In this document: positions 29,559 through 40,614 of the stretch, piece by piece | Layout of the letters: each line of letters begins with the position of its first letter | Position numbering within the stretch: position 1 is the first letter of the stretch | DNA from: a virus | Virus record (IMG/VR): IMGVR_UViG_3300047557_003034 | Span: 13,362-77,361 of that record | Reading direction: 5' to 3' (one strand) | Length of the DNA stretch: 64,000 nucleotides | The notes under the pieces: model-generated | What the model saw: only the letters and a program-made list of their open reading frames with translations | What the model was told of the DNA's origin: nothing | Database searches by the model: none | Program-made: the position numbers and the translations under genes

Positions 29559-31931
29559 ATGCCTCCTCCCCAAGGTCCAGGTAACATAACTGATCAAAGC
29601 TCGTTTAACATATCTGAAACAGACGTAAAACGTCTAGAAGCTCAGGAACTATCTCTACGTAATATACTGAAGCTCAAGAAAGAGATTAAGAAAGCTTCAA
29701 AGGAGCAAACAACAATCTACGACGAGCTAGCTAAGTTGACTGGTCAAGAAGCGCAAAACTCACGAGCTTACAAAGCTTCAGTAGCGTTCACAACTCAACT
29801 CGAAAAGAATCTAGAACGAGCCAGAGCACAAGGTAATACACGTGCTGTACGCACAACTCAAAATCTAATAAAAGCTCAAAAAGCACAGCAGGACCTACTA
29901 GCAAAAACACTTGGTGGTAGTTTAAGAGCTCAAGAAGTTGAAGCAGCCAAGAGGAGAGTCATGCTTGAAAAGGAGAGAGATCTCATAAAAAACATCAACA
30001 AACAGAGATCAATAGGTCAGAAAATAGGATCACTTTTCATGAGTGATCAAAAAAAACAGTTACAAATTGACATAGCTCGTGCACAAGCAGGAGGTGGTAT
30101 AAATCAACCCCCTGGAGGTGACGGTGGTGGAGCCGGAGGTGGTGGCGGAGCTGGCGGTGGCGGTGGCACTGGAGGCGGTGGTGGAGGCCAAGGAGGCGGT
30201 GGTGGCAAAGGTAAAGGTGCTGTCGGTATTTTAGGTGCGTTAGCAGGTTTAGGTGTAGTTGGAGGTATTATAGCAGCTATAGGAATGGGTATTAGCAAGA
30301 TAATGGCACCCATTAAAGCTCTAGGAAATGCACTAAAAGCAGGAGTAGTTGGATCTTTAGCACAAGCATCTGGCTTAGTAAGTGGTGGTATAGGTGGTGG
30401 ATACGGAGTAGGAGGAGGTGCTGTATCGGGTGAAGGAGCTACAAGTATACTAGGCGGACTTCAAGACATAGCTAAATCAATTCCTTTCATAGGCGGACTT
30501 TTAGGTGGTCTGGTTGGAGCTTTGAAAGGTGTTGTCGATCTTGTTTTAGGTGTAGATCAAGGCCTAACAAACTTCAGCAGAAACCTAGCCATATCAAAAG
30601 AGGATGCTAGAGGCTTAAAATTACAATTTGATGGCATAGCTGCTGCTAGTGGTAACATAGTTGTCAACTCGACAAGGTTGATGGAGTCGCAAGTTGAGAT
30701 GGGTAAAGCACTTGGTATAACCAATACCCTAACAGAGAGTCAACTAGTTGCCAACGTAAAGCTAAAAGAGTTAGCAGGTCTTGAACTTGAAACTCGAAAG
30801 GAGTTACTAGCTACTAGCATAATAACAGGTCGCAACGAAGAAGAGCTTACAAAGAGCATACTTGGTCAAGTAAAGTCTTTCCAACTAGCAACTGGTATTG
30901 CATTTGATTACAAGCAAGTACTAGGAGAAGCTTCTAAATTAGGTGGTGCACTTGGATTACAATTTGCTAAATATCCAGAGAAGATAGTTAAAGCTTTGAT
31001 GTCAACGAAAGCTCTTGGATTTGAGCTTAAGAGTTTGGATCAAACTGCAAACAGCTTCCTAGATTTTGAAAGCAGCATATCAAAGGAATTTGAAGCTCAG
31101 ATCTTAACTGGAAAAGAGTTAAATTTAACCAAAGCAAGAGAAGCTGCTCTCAACAACGATCTAGTTACTTTAGCTGGTGAAATAAATAAAAACATAGGAG
31201 ACTCAACTGCATACCTAAAACTTAATAGGATTCAACAGGATTCTATTGCTGAGGCTGTTGGTATGACTAGGGATAGTTTAGCAGATGCACTTAAGCAGCA
31301 AGAGATGTTTCGGAGGATTGGTGCTAAAGATCTCAAACAAGCTCAAGAAAAGCTGAGAGTTTTACAGCAACAAGGTAAAACACAGGAAGAGATTACTAAG
31401 ATGCTTGGTGAAGATGCTTACAACTACATTACACAAACATCTACAGCAGAGAAGTTAGCTGAGTTGATGAATAAGATAAAAACTGTATTTGTGCAGTTTG
31501 TTGAAAACTCAGGACTACTCGACTTCATAACAAACCCAGCAAAGATAGAATCATTTGCAAGAGGATTACTTAACACTATTGCAGGAGCAGTATCGTTGAT
31601 AGGTGACATAATTGCAACTGTTTTACGTGCAATAGGATCACTACCCTTTACAGATAAAGCCAAGTTTGAGAACTTAGCTAATCAAGTTCAAGGTGGTTCA
31701 TCAAATTTAGCAGGTAGTATTCAAGGTGTACAGACAAATTTTGGACCAGCAGCAGCTTCAATAAGCGATACAGTAGCAAATGGTGCAACCTCAAAAGCAC
31801 CAGCACCGGCAGCAGGTACTTCGGGTAAAGCTGCAAAAGGAGAAGAAAATTACCAAATCATCTACTTAACAATAGATGGTGAAGTGGTTGCAAAGAAAGT
31901 ATTAATTAACGCAGCAAAAGTGCACCAATAA
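29559..31931 (+). CDS. Tape measure protein
   Basis: Long helical Ala/Leu/Lys-rich protein with LDFESSI..EFEAQ.LTGK.LNL..AR.AAL motif; follows the chaperone; contains a Gly-rich linker. Confidence 0.8.
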   Translation: MPPPQGPGNITDQSSFNISETDVKRLEAQELSLRNILKLKKEIKKASKEQTTIYDELAKLTGQEAQNSRAYKASVAFTTQLEKNLERARAQGNTRAVRTTQNLIKAQKAQQDLLAKTLGGSLRAQEVEAAKRRVMLEKERDLIKNINKQRSIGQKIGSLFMSDQKKQLQIDIARAQAGGGINQPPGGDGGGAGGGGGAGGGGGTGGGGGGQGGGGGKGKGAVGILGALAGLGVVGGIIAAIGMGISKIMAPIKALGNALKAGVVGSLAQASGLVSGGIGGGYGVGGGAVSGEGATSILGGLQDIAKSIPFIGGLLGGLVGALKGVVDLVLGVDQGLTNFSRNLAISKEDARGLKLQFDGIAAASGNIVVNSTRLMESQVEMGKALGITNTLTESQLVANVKLKELAGLELETRKELLATSIITGRNEEELTKSILGQVKSFQLATGIAFDYKQVLGEASKLGGALGLQFAKYPEKIVKALMSTKALGFELKSLDQTANSFLDFESSISKEFEAQILTGKELNLTKAREAALNNDLVTLAGEINKNIGDSTAYLKLNRIQQDSIAEAVGMTRDSLADALKQQEMFRRIGAKDLKQAQEKLRVLQQQGKTQEEITKMLGEDAYNYITQTSTAEKLAELMNKIKTVFVQFVENSGLLDFITNPAKIESFARGLLNTIAGAVSLIGDIIATVLRAIGSLPFTDKAKFENLANQVQGGSSNLAGSIQGVQTNFGPAAASISDTVANGATSKAPAPAAGTSGKAAKGEENYQIIYLTIDGEVVAKKVLINAAKVHQ

Positions 31932-31938
31932 TAGCAAC

Positions 31939-32169
31939 ATGGCAATAATACAACAAATCAAGAAATCAAACCTCAGCAAGCAGGGTTTTACTAATCCAAC
32001 AGGAGTCTTTGAGGGAAAGCCTCAAAACGTAGCAGTTGTACAAAGAGGATCGACAGTACCAAGAGCATCCTCTGTCATACCTGCTATTAGGAATCCAATA
32101 GATACAACTTATAATTTTCTCAATCAAGGCACCTATTTAGATTATTTGAAATCATCACCAAGACGATAA
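31939..32169 (+). CDS. Small hypothetical tail-module protein
   Basis: 76-aa ORF tightly packed in the operon. Confidence 0.55.
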   Translation: MAIIQQIKKSNLSKQGFTNPTGVFEGKPQNVAVVQRGSTVPRASSVIPAIRNPIDTTYNFLNQGTYLDYLKSSPRR

Positions 32170-32170
32170 C

Positions 32171-34144
32171 ATGCCACTAATAGACTTTAAAACTGATTTA
32201 ACTAGCCTCAAATACGGTCTAGATAGACCTGGTGGCGGATCTAGTGGTCAGCCTTACGTTCAATTTCCCATTGATAATGCAGAGGCGCCAACTAACATTA
32301 GGAGGTACTACGAGTTAAACAGAACAAGTCTAGACTTTCCAATAAGAGGTGGTGCGATTGAGTCTTTAATTAACGGTAACTACTCCGCATTAGCAGCAAC
32401 AGTTGATAGGAGACGAATAGAGCAGTTTTTCAAAGATGCACCAAGAGGCACAGCATTCATACAAAAGCAGATAGGACTTGGACTAACTAATCCAAGAACA
32501 CAAGTACCAAACACGTTAACTTTTGCAGGTTCCATTTTACAAAACGCAATTCTACCTGTAACTCAAACGTATAACCCACTTAACACACTAGCACAAGTAC
32601 AAGTTCAAGGTACCGGAGCTCATTTCAACAGACAGGGTGTTGCACCTACTATAACAGAATCGCTTAGACAAACCTATGAGTATCTAGCAGGTGCACCACA
32701 AAACAACACAGCTACTACTAACAGATTGCTTATACTGAAAGCACTTAAGTTAGATGCACAGAGTGGATTCAATCCTACACAGAACGATATTATAGATACT
32801 GGAGTAGATCCAATTACAATAAATCAACTGGGCATCTCACCTATAAGCAATCAGCTATTCAACTACCCAGGAGGTCCTGGATCTGTGTATGGTATAGGAA
32901 CTACTAGAATATTTAGAGTAACCAATACCGAACCAACTGAAGATCCAATAACACAAACACCCTACTCTTCCATTGCGTTTAGCTATGCACAAATAGCATC
33001 TCAAAATACTCACCTACCAACGTCTCCAACTGAAGTCAAGATCCAAAACTTTATGGGTCAGTTGGTTGATGGTAGAACACCTTTTGTTTCCTATAGCCCT
33101 TATAACATACAAATTCCATTCAACGGTATAGGTGGATTGGGTACCGGTAATCCAGGAGGTCCTCTCACCAGCGATCAAAGAAAGAGCTTTTTATTCAGTA
33201 ATCCAAATGCAGTTGATGCAGTCAACGCTCTTAAACCTTACTACTACGATTCAAATAGTGAAGATCCTTGGACAGCTGGTGGTAATAACACAAAGGACAT
33301 CATTAAATTTGTATTCGAATGTTTATCAAACGACAATCCAGGTTTTGCAGTCGCATTAGTTTTTAGAGCCTTCTTTGATGGATCGATCACAGACAACAAC
33401 ACAGCTGAGTTCAACTCATTTAAGTATCTAGGAAGAGGTGAAACTTTTAGAACCTACCAAGGATTTGACAGATCAATTTCCTTTAGCTTCAAGTTATTTG
33501 CACAGACAAGGTCTGAGATGGCACCAATTTACACAAAACTCAACCACCTCATGTCCCAAGTGTATCCAGATTACTCTCCTGACTCAAAGTTGATGAGAGG
33601 TTCCGTTGTTAGATTGACGATAGGTGATTATATTTATAGGATGCACGGTTTCATAGAAAATGTGAACGTTACAATAGACAATAGCACAACACCTTGGGAA
33701 ATCCAACTATTTGGTCAGGAAGCTGAGAGTGATGTCGCACAAATGCCTCACGTGGTATCAGTACAGGTGTCTTTTAGACCTATAATGGAGCAACTACCAT
33801 CAAGAGTTACAAATACTAATCCAAACGTAGATTTAATAGGAAATGTAGTGGATGGAAAGTTCATAGGAGACATCGTCGATACGACAGCACCACCGGTCAC
33901 AACTGCAGCCGACAGTGATCAAACTGATGTAGAGTTAGATGATACATCAATACCAGCATCAGAACTTGAAGCAACTGGTCCGGTTAGCGATAATGCCAAA
34001 ACTGATCCGCTAAAGAGGAAAGCAGCTAGACAAGCAGCAGCTAGAGCAAGAGCACAAGCACGAGCAGAAGCAAGAGAAGCAAGGAGGGAAGCACGAGCAG
34101 AGGTAAGGGAACAAGCAAGTTTCAGGAGACTTATCAACGGGTAA
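32171..34144 (+). CDS. Baseplate/tail tube initiator-like protein
   Basis: FRAF..SITDN..AEFN...YLGRGE.F..Y.GF.R.ISFSF...RLTIGDY C-terminal domain typical of tube initiators. Confidence 0.65.
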   Translation: MPLIDFKTDLTSLKYGLDRPGGGSSGQPYVQFPIDNAEAPTNIRRYYELNRTSLDFPIRGGAIESLINGNYSALAATVDRRRIEQFFKDAPRGTAFIQKQIGLGLTNPRTQVPNTLTFAGSILQNAILPVTQTYNPLNTLAQVQVQGTGAHFNRQGVAPTITESLRQTYEYLAGAPQNNTATTNRLLILKALKLDAQSGFNPTQNDIIDTGVDPITINQLGISPISNQLFNYPGGPGSVYGIGTTRIFRVTNTEPTEDPITQTPYSSIAFSYAQIASQNTHLPTSPTEVKIQNFMGQLVDGRTPFVSYSPYNIQIPFNGIGGLGTGNPGGPLTSDQRKSFLFSNPNAVDAVNALKPYYYDSNSEDPWTAGGNNTKDIIKFVFECLSNDNPGFAVALVFRAFFDGSITDNNTAEFNSFKYLGRGETFRTYQGFDRSISFSFKLFAQTRSEMAPIYTKLNHLMSQVYPDYSPDSKLMRGSVVRLTIGDYIYRMHGFIENVNVTIDNSTTPWEIQLFGQEAESDVAQMPHVVSVQVSFRPIMEQLPSRVTNTNPNVDLIGNVVDGKFIGDIVDTTAPPVTTAADSDQTDVELDDTSIPASELEATGPVSDNAKTDPLKRKAARQAAARARAQARAEAREARREARAEVREQASFRRLING

Positions 34145-34153
34145 ACAATAAAC

Positions 34154-34459
34154 ATGGCATCTAGATATCAAAACATACCAATAGTAAAGTTAGATGGAAG
34201 TGGAAGTTTGTACTACCGAAACAACGTCTATCCAACAATAGCACCTACAAACAGTGACTACTACGTAATCACAACAGCTGGTGATAGATTAGATCTACTG
34301 GCTTATGATTTTTATCAAGATAGTAGTTTATGGTGGGTTATAGCATCAGCAAATGCCTTACCAGGAGATTCTATTTATCCACCTATAGGAGTTCAGTTAA
34401 GAATACCAACAGACTTGGGAGTAATACTAAGTTCGTATAACATACAAAACAATGGCTGA
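34154..34459 (+). CDS. LysM-like baseplate wedge protein (gp53/tail X-like)
   Basis: GDRLDLLA.DFY.DSSLWWVIASAN...G.QLRIP. Confidence 0.8.
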   Translation: MASRYQNIPIVKLDGSGSLYYRNNVYPTIAPTNSDYYVITTAGDRLDLLAYDFYQDSSLWWVIASANALPGDSIYPPIGVQLRIPTDLGVILSSYNIQNNG

Positions 34460-37400
34460 TAAGTTATCAAATGTAATTGGTGCACCTTTTGAACAGTACG
34501 TTTTGGAACAGCTATATGTTAGAGCTGCTAGGAACAGTACATCTAAGAGAAGCACAGAGGAAGTTCTGTTTTTAGCCAACAAGACAGCGTGGGTTAGAAT
34601 GATATCATCAGTCAACATCGCAGCTGGCAGCAATTCAGATACAGAACCCTTAACTAAGTTTTATGAAAAACTAGAATTAGGTGACACTTATACAACACCT
34701 GATGCACTTGCAAGAAACTGGATATTAGAAGCCGGAACATCTAAAAATGCAGGACAAGGTAGTCAACTAAGATACGGTGTTAGTGACGATGGATCGTATG
34801 GATTAGGTGGTACTGAAGAATTAGGTTATAGACCAATGCCAGGACTTGATTCTGTTCAAATTGAAACAGCGGGCAGGTTAGGATCACTTAGGATAGCTAC
34901 TGTGAGATTTAAGGTGTGGAACATGAATCAACTCAATGTAGTTGAAGCTCTATACTTTAGGCTAGGATACTCCATGTTGCTAGAATGGGGACACACGCAG
35001 TATTTTGCAAATCCAAAACTGAAGAGCACTACCAACGGTACTTTTACAATTACAACAAACACATACGGTATAGATAATCCCTTCAGTACAAGTCTCAACA
35101 AAACACTAATACAGCAGAACATCAAGAAGAAGTCAAAGGAAATGAGTGGCAACTATGATGGAATGCTTGGGATTGTTTCAAATTTTACATGGGCATTTAA
35201 TCAAGAGGGAGGCTATGACTGCACAGTCAAGTTAATTGGACTAGGCGCAATTATAGACACTATGAGGATAAACCAATCCTACAAAATGCCTCCAGGGATA
35301 GTTAAGGCTTTTAAAAAAGCATCGCAGGCAATTCAGGATGAGATAGAAAGGAGAAAAGCAGAAGAAGCAAAAGCTGCAGCAGATAGGCTTGCAAAGGAAG
35401 AAGCTGAGAAAAAAAGAAAAGCAGACGCAGCAGCAGCAGCTGCTGCAGCACGATTTCCGGTAATTAAGAACTTCGACGAATTGTATCAATACGCTGTTGA
35501 TCTAGGTGGGTTTGTAGGTTCAAAAGATAATTTTACAGAAGAAGTATCCTACTACCCAACATACTTCCCAGAAAACCAGACTATCGCAACCTTCCCAGAT
35601 TACTTTTTTGTTGCAGGGGGAGTGGCGGATGCTGATCTCTACAATAAAGAGGTATTTGGGTTATTTCTTCAAAAAGATGGTGCAGCTTGGGTACCGTTAC
35701 ATCAAAACACTGCTCTAGAGTATGGAGGAGCTTATTTTACAATTAATCAACTCTTGTTAGCAAAAGCAATTGAAAGTATTATAGAAGAAACAAATCTTCT
35801 TCGGGATTCTGACAAAGAGGTGTATAGAAAATCAACTTATAAAACTCCTATTGCAAGATACGTTGAAGCTGCTTTACCGCTAGCTACTGCAAAAAATTTT
35901 GGAGCAGTACAAGGAGCTGGATTAAGTCCCGTTTTTGTTTTCTATTCTGGAAATGTTACCGAGAAGCGTGCCGAAAAGGATTTTGAAATTAGATTCACTG
36001 TAAGGTATAATGACGAAGGCTATCAACCAACTGTCAAACAATTTCTAAATGCAGTGGATGATTGGCTAAGCACCTCTACTCCAAATTCAAAACCTGGGCA
36101 ACTTTACTTAACTAATTTTGAAGTTGAACGTGAATACGCCCGTCCCTGGTATCTTGAAGACTTGTTTGTAACAGGTATATCACCTAAATTTACAATACCA
36201 AACGTTCCGTATACTGGACCTAGCAAGGACAAAGCAAAAACAAAACCATTATCCGATGTGCAGGTCTGGTTTGAAATGAGATTCGATAATACAGGGTTGA
36301 TAGATGAAGTGGGAAAAGGAACTGCAACTCAACCAGCTCCACCCACAACTACTCAACCAGCTAACGATGGTAATACGACAGCAGCTCAGAATCAAGCAAC
36401 ACCTGTGCAGACAGAAGCAGCTGAAGGCTACGAATCAGCCTTGCATGTTATGTTATCTTATGTAAAGACTGTATCGATATCTAAAGCATTGGATACCCGT
36501 TACAGACAAGTACCGGTTATTCCAGTTGATATATTAGATGCCACTAAAACTTTCTATCAGGATGGCATTTTCAAAAACGTTTTGACAACTGCAACTGGAA
36601 GTGTAAATAGTGCTACTGGAGTTCCTTTTGATCTTACTAAATACGCTCAAAAAGGATTTAATAGCTACTTGCTAGCTGATGGTTTATCTACACCATCACT
36701 ATACGACCAAGTTCCGTTTGTAGATTTCAAAGCATTATCCAAAGCGTATCTAGTACAGTACCAAATAAGCGGCCAAACAACGGATGAGATAAGTTTTCCG
36801 GTGTACATTACACTTGGATACTTAATGGCATTCCTTAACAATATGTGTTTGATTTACGATTCAAAACAAGAAGCCGGATCAAACAAAACACCAAGCGGAG
36901 ATGACAAAACACCATACGTATTCTTGGACTTTAATCCAGAAACCAACTACTGTTTGACATCACCTCAACATTTATCCATAGATCCGACTATTTGTTTAAT
37001 TCCGTTTAATTCAAGTGACCAACAATATCGAGACATATTTCCCGACAATGTTGTGAGTAGTATAACTGGAATCTATAAACCCCAATCCCAAGATTTCCTA
37101 TCAGGTCAGATTCCAGCATTTAAAACACAAAATCCTTACCAAGGTAGAACAATGAATATTCTACTGAACGTAGATTATCTCATGAATCTAGCTCATACCT
37201 ACGCTCTTGAAGATCCTGACCACTCTGTTAACTTAAAAAGATTTTTAGAGCAGATCGTTGTAGATGTAAACAAGAGTCTTGGAAATATCAACCTCTTCAG
37301 TATTGCCTACAGAGACGATTCAAATACCTTGCAAATTAAAGATGATCAATTCGTACCACCAAAAGATGGTGAAAGTACAGCAATTAGTAGAATCCAACAA

Positions 37401-38606
37401 GGAGGAGGTGGGTATGGTAACTTACCAATCTTCGGTTTGCAGAGTCTTGTTAGAGAGTTTCAATTCAAGACAAACCTATCAACAAAGTTGAGCAGCATGA
37501 TAGCTATATCAGCTCAAGCAGCAACCGGATCTGTAAACTCCATAGACGGTTCATCTATGAGTTACTTAAATCGAAATTATGTAGATAGGTTTAAACCTTT
37601 TATAACAGATGCATCTGCAAACCCTGCTGGAACTGGTGCAGCAACTAAGACTACGACTGCTGCAGCAGGTAAGCTTCCTAATAATGATGTTACAGTAGCA
37701 GAGCATTTTAACACAATGGTTAAAAATGTCTACTCAAACTTCACTTTAGATGTAGCTAGGATAGAAACAGCTAAGAACTACTACATAGAGCGTTTGAGCA
37801 AAGTAAAATCAGAAGATCCAATTACATCAGCAGCCATACCAATACCAGCTGATCTCGATATGACTATTGATGGTATTGCAGGAATTGTAATGGGGAATGC
37901 TTTTACGATACCAGAAAGTAGGTTACCGCTATCATTGAGAGGAGAGAACGGAGTTCCAAAAGTTGGATTCATTGTAGCAGGTCTAGTACACATAATTGAA
38001 AACAACGAATGGCTGACCAGGATCAAAGGTCAGATGATCAAACTACGCGAGACTGCTAAGTACGGAACTGTGACAGCACCGCAAACAGCCTCAGCACCAC
38101 CAGCTAATTGTAAAACTAGCTACCCAGAGCTTAAGCTTATTGATGCTGTTCAGTTAGAAATCTACCCTAAACAGAATGCAATAAATTACCTAAAAGCTAA
38201 TTATCCTAGTGTTGGAAAATCTGTATATGCAATAATGACAGCAGAAGCAAGAACTATAGGAAAGGATAAGTTTAGATCTGCTGGTGGTAATAACTTTGGT
38301 GGTGTACAAACAGATGGTGGAAGGTGGGGATTTGGTACTTTTGTTGGACAGTTTTGTAGACCGGATGTATCAGGTAATCTTAGAATGTTTGCAGCTTTTA
38401 GCAGTCCTGAAGCTTTTATGGACTTTGTTGCTAATAGAGCATTGAGTAAAGGTTTTGCAGGTGTGGATGGTGAAAAGTGGGTAGAGTTGTATGTGAATAA
38501 GTGGGTATTCCGTCCTGATAGAAAAGACATTGTAAAAGGAACAGCTACCTTTAATAATATTTTAACAATTTTTAATGATGCTTCAAAACAATACGATCGT
38601 ACGTAA
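34452..38606 (+). CDS. Large baseplate hub protein with putative C-terminal lysozyme-like domain
   Basis: RPMPG...LEWG...GNYDGMLG.V.NF.W...GGYDC hub motifs; C-terminal AEA...NNFGGVQ...FAAFSS resembles glucosaminidase/lysozyme folds. Confidence 0.6.
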   Translation: MADKLSNVIGAPFEQYVLEQLYVRAARNSTSKRSTEEVLFLANKTAWVRMISSVNIAAGSNSDTEPLTKFYEKLELGDTYTTPDALARNWILEAGTSKNAGQGSQLRYGVSDDGSYGLGGTEELGYRPMPGLDSVQIETAGRLGSLRIATVRFKVWNMNQLNVVEALYFRLGYSMLLEWGHTQYFANPKLKSTTNGTFTITTNTYGIDNPFSTSLNKTLIQQNIKKKSKEMSGNYDGMLGIVSNFTWAFNQEGGYDCTVKLIGLGAIIDTMRINQSYKMPPGIVKAFKKASQAIQDEIERRKAEEAKAAADRLAKEEAEKKRKADAAAAAAAARFPVIKNFDELYQYAVDLGGFVGSKDNFTEEVSYYPTYFPENQTIATFPDYFFVAGGVADADLYNKEVFGLFLQKDGAAWVPLHQNTALEYGGAYFTINQLLLAKAIESIIEETNLLRDSDKEVYRKSTYKTPIARYVEAALPLATAKNFGAVQGAGLSPVFVFYSGNVTEKRAEKDFEIRFTVRYNDEGYQPTVKQFLNAVDDWLSTSTPNSKPGQLYLTNFEVEREYARPWYLEDLFVTGISPKFTIPNVPYTGPSKDKAKTKPLSDVQVWFEMRFDNTGLIDEVGKGTATQPAPPTTTQPANDGNTTAAQNQATPVQTEAAEGYESALHVMLSYVKTVSISKALDTRYRQVPVIPVDILDATKTFYQDGIFKNVLTTATGSVNSATGVPFDLTKYAQKGFNSYLLADGLSTPSLYDQVPFVDFKALSKAYLVQYQISGQTTDEISFPVYITLGYLMAFLNNMCLIYDSKQEAGSNKTPSGDDKTPYVFLDFNPETNYCLTSPQHLSIDPTICLIPFNSSDQQYRDIFPDNVVSSITGIYKPQSQDFLSGQIPAFKTQNPYQGRTMNILLNVDYLMNLAHTYALEDPDHSVNLKRFLEQIVVDVNKSLGNINLFSIAYRDDSNTLQIKDDQFVPPKDGESTAISRIQQGGGGYGNLPIFGLQSLVREFQFKTNLSTKLSSMIAISAQAATGSVNSIDGSSMSYLNRNYVDRFKPFITDASANPAGTGAATKTTTAAAGKLPNNDVTVAEHFNTMVKNVYSNFTLDVARIETAKNYYIERLSKVKSEDPITSAAIPIPADLDMTIDGIAGIVMGNAFTIPESRLPLSLRGENGVPKVGFIVAGLVHIIENNEWLTRIKGQMIKLRETAKYGTVTAPQTASAPPANCKTSYPELKLIDAVQLEIYPKQNAINYLKANYPSVGKSVYAIMTAEARTIGKDKFRSAGGNNFGGVQTDGGRWGFGTFVGQFCRPDVSGNLRMFAAFSSPEAFMDFVANRALSKGFAGVDGEKWVELYVNKWVFRPDRKDIVKGTATFNNILTIFNDASKQYDRT

Positions 38607-39241
38607 TGATTAAGTATTATCCACTGAACAGAATTAAAATGAATCTCTACACAGGTGGTGGTCAGTTTAAACTACCTAATGGAAAAGAGTATGTAGGGAG
38701 ATACTACTTGACTTACAATAACAAAGCCTTTGCAGGAGCAAATCCATACATAGGCACCAATCAATCGTTAGAAAGAATACCACCAAGACCTGCACCACTT
38801 GCAGACGGACCAGCACCGTCATCAGACTACACAAGAGCATCTAGTCAGGGTATTGTTAGAAGAGCAGGACCTGCTGAAACAGAATTACAAGAACTTAAAC
38901 CATACTATCCAACACCACTAGAATCTGATTACCAAAAAGGTTATTTTACTCGATACTTTGCGAAGTACGTATCAGGTCCTGGTTACATAATTGAGATTTC
39001 TGAAAACGACTTCTCAAATATAGACAACGGATTAACTCAAACAAACATGCTTGCTTATGAGGTTGAGTCGATGTTGTGGCAGTTAACAGGACCTTTAAAG
39101 GACACGAGAATTTCACAGTATCAGATTAAAGGAGGTGTTGAGACAACTAACCGAAGAGTCACAGAAGCAAAAGAAAAAACTTTCAAAGGAATTATCGCAT
39201 ACATAGGGGGAGACTATACTAAATTTGCACGTATTGTATAA
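38606..39241 (+). CDS. Hypothetical baseplate-associated protein
   Basis: NLYT.G.QF...Y.G.Y and PTLE..DY.KG.FTRYF-like motifs; last gene of the structural operon. Confidence 0.6.
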   Translation: MIKYYPLNRIKMNLYTGGGQFKLPNGKEYVGRYYLTYNNKAFAGANPYIGTNQSLERIPPRPAPLADGPAPSSDYTRASSQGIVRRAGPAETELQELKPYYPTPLESDYQKGYFTRYFAKYVSGPGYIIEISENDFSNIDNGLTQTNMLAYEVESMLWQLTGPLKDTRISQYQIKGGVETTNRRVTEAKEKTFKGIIAYIGGDYTKFARIV

Positions 39242-39247
39242 TCAAGG

Positions 39248-39278
39248 TTTGTTGATGTAGAAATACTCGGTAACTTGC
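39248..39278 (+). promoter_or_regulatory. Bacteroidota-type -33/-7 promoter
   Basis: TTTG, 19 nt, TAACTTGC upstream of the short PolA. Confidence 0.55.
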
Positions 39279-39297
39279 CGCAAAGGTTATAAAGGTT

Positions 39298-40599
39298 ATG
39301 TTTTATATCGTCGAAACACAATGGCAGCTACAAAATTTACCACAAACTGATGAATGCTTTATAGAGCTTATAGCACAGTGTGACGACTACCATCCCAACC
39401 TAACAAACCCAAGCTTAGTTTACTATAACGATTTCAGTAAAGGATACATTATCCCTATCACACATTCAGAAGGATTTAGCATTGACCTCGGAAGTGTTTA
39501 TAAGTTTTTATCTCGAAAAGCTAAAGTATATGTATTGGATGCTAAATGGCATTCTTACTTTCTAGCCTCTCATAACCTAGTGGATGTCTATACAACTGTG
39601 TTGGATGAAACAAACAAGCTAGAAGAGGATGACTGCAATACACGGTTACACAACGACTACAATAACAAGTTTAAGTACGAATCAAACAGAAACACGTTAA
39701 TACCTATTTCTAAGCATTATGAACGCTGTCAATGCTTATATGATAGTATCAAGCCTTTTATAGGATTGGAGGAAAATTTGCCGTGGAAAAACGATTATTA
39801 CGAGGCTTATAAATGGGTTGAAAGGAGAGGTATCAAAATAGATGAGAAAATCTTCGATAAATACTTTGAACCTGTATGGAAAGCTAGGTCAGTTAAGAAT
39901 GGACTTATTTACACATCGTACAACCTCTACAATGTAACTGGTAGACCAACCAATGCATTTAATGGTATAAACTTTCTTGCTTTCAACAAAGACAATAATT
40001 CAAGAGCTGCTTTTGTACCGTATGGAGATTTCTTTGTTGAGTTTGATTTTGATGCCTACCATCTAAGATTGTTGGGTAATCATTTAGGAGTTGAGCTACC
40101 ACAAGATGAATCAATACACAAGATATTAGGATGCCACTATTTCGGAGTTGATGAACTCACCGAAGAACAGTACAAGGAATCTAAAAAGATCACTTTTAGA
40201 CAACTATACAATGGGGTTGAGGAAGCATATAGAGAAATAGAGCTTTTCAAACGCATATCACAATTTGTATTGGAACTTGATGATCATTACACAAAGCACG
40301 GTTACATAATACTACCAAACGGAAGAAAACTCCTGAAAGGTGATTACAATCCGCAGAAGCTACTAAACTACTATGTACAATGCTTAGAAACAGTTAATAA
40401 TGTCCAAAAACTACTAAGACTGAGGGATTATCTATCAAACAAACTCAGTGGTGTGGTTTTGGTTGTTTACGATTCTATTTTAATTGATTTTCATAAACAA
40501 GACGGCATAGAAACAATAAAAGGCATACTGGCTATTCTACAAGAAGGTGGATACACAGTCAAGGTCCAAAAAGGTACTAACTACAACTTTTACAACTAA
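39298..40599 (+). CDS. Short family A DNA polymerase-like protein
   Basis: TGRP, motif A EFDFDAYHLRL, motif B SKKITFRQLY, motif C VYDSILID; no clear intact exonuclease motifs. Confidence 0.75.
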   Translation: MFYIVETQWQLQNLPQTDECFIELIAQCDDYHPNLTNPSLVYYNDFSKGYIIPITHSEGFSIDLGSVYKFLSRKAKVYVLDAKWHSYFLASHNLVDVYTTVLDETNKLEEDDCNTRLHNDYNNKFKYESNRNTLIPISKHYERCQCLYDSIKPFIGLEENLPWKNDYYEAYKWVERRGIKIDEKIFDKYFEPVWKARSVKNGLIYTSYNLYNVTGRPTNAFNGINFLAFNKDNNSRAAFVPYGDFFVEFDFDAYHLRLLGNHLGVELPQDESIHKILGCHYFGVDELTEEQYKESKKITFRQLYNGVEEAYREIELFKRISQFVLELDDHYTKHGYIILPNGRKLLKGDYNPQKLLNYYVQCLETVNNVQKLLRLRDYLSNKLSGVVLVVYDSILIDFHKQDGIETIKGILAILQEGGYTVKVQKGTNYNFYN

Positions 40600-40614
40600 T
40601 TAAGACTATTTATA

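Noticed and set aside
30090-30220. GC-rich GGX run in the tape measure gene as a foreign insertion or G-quadruplex element
   Set aside because: It encodes an in-frame poly-Gly linker, which explains the composition
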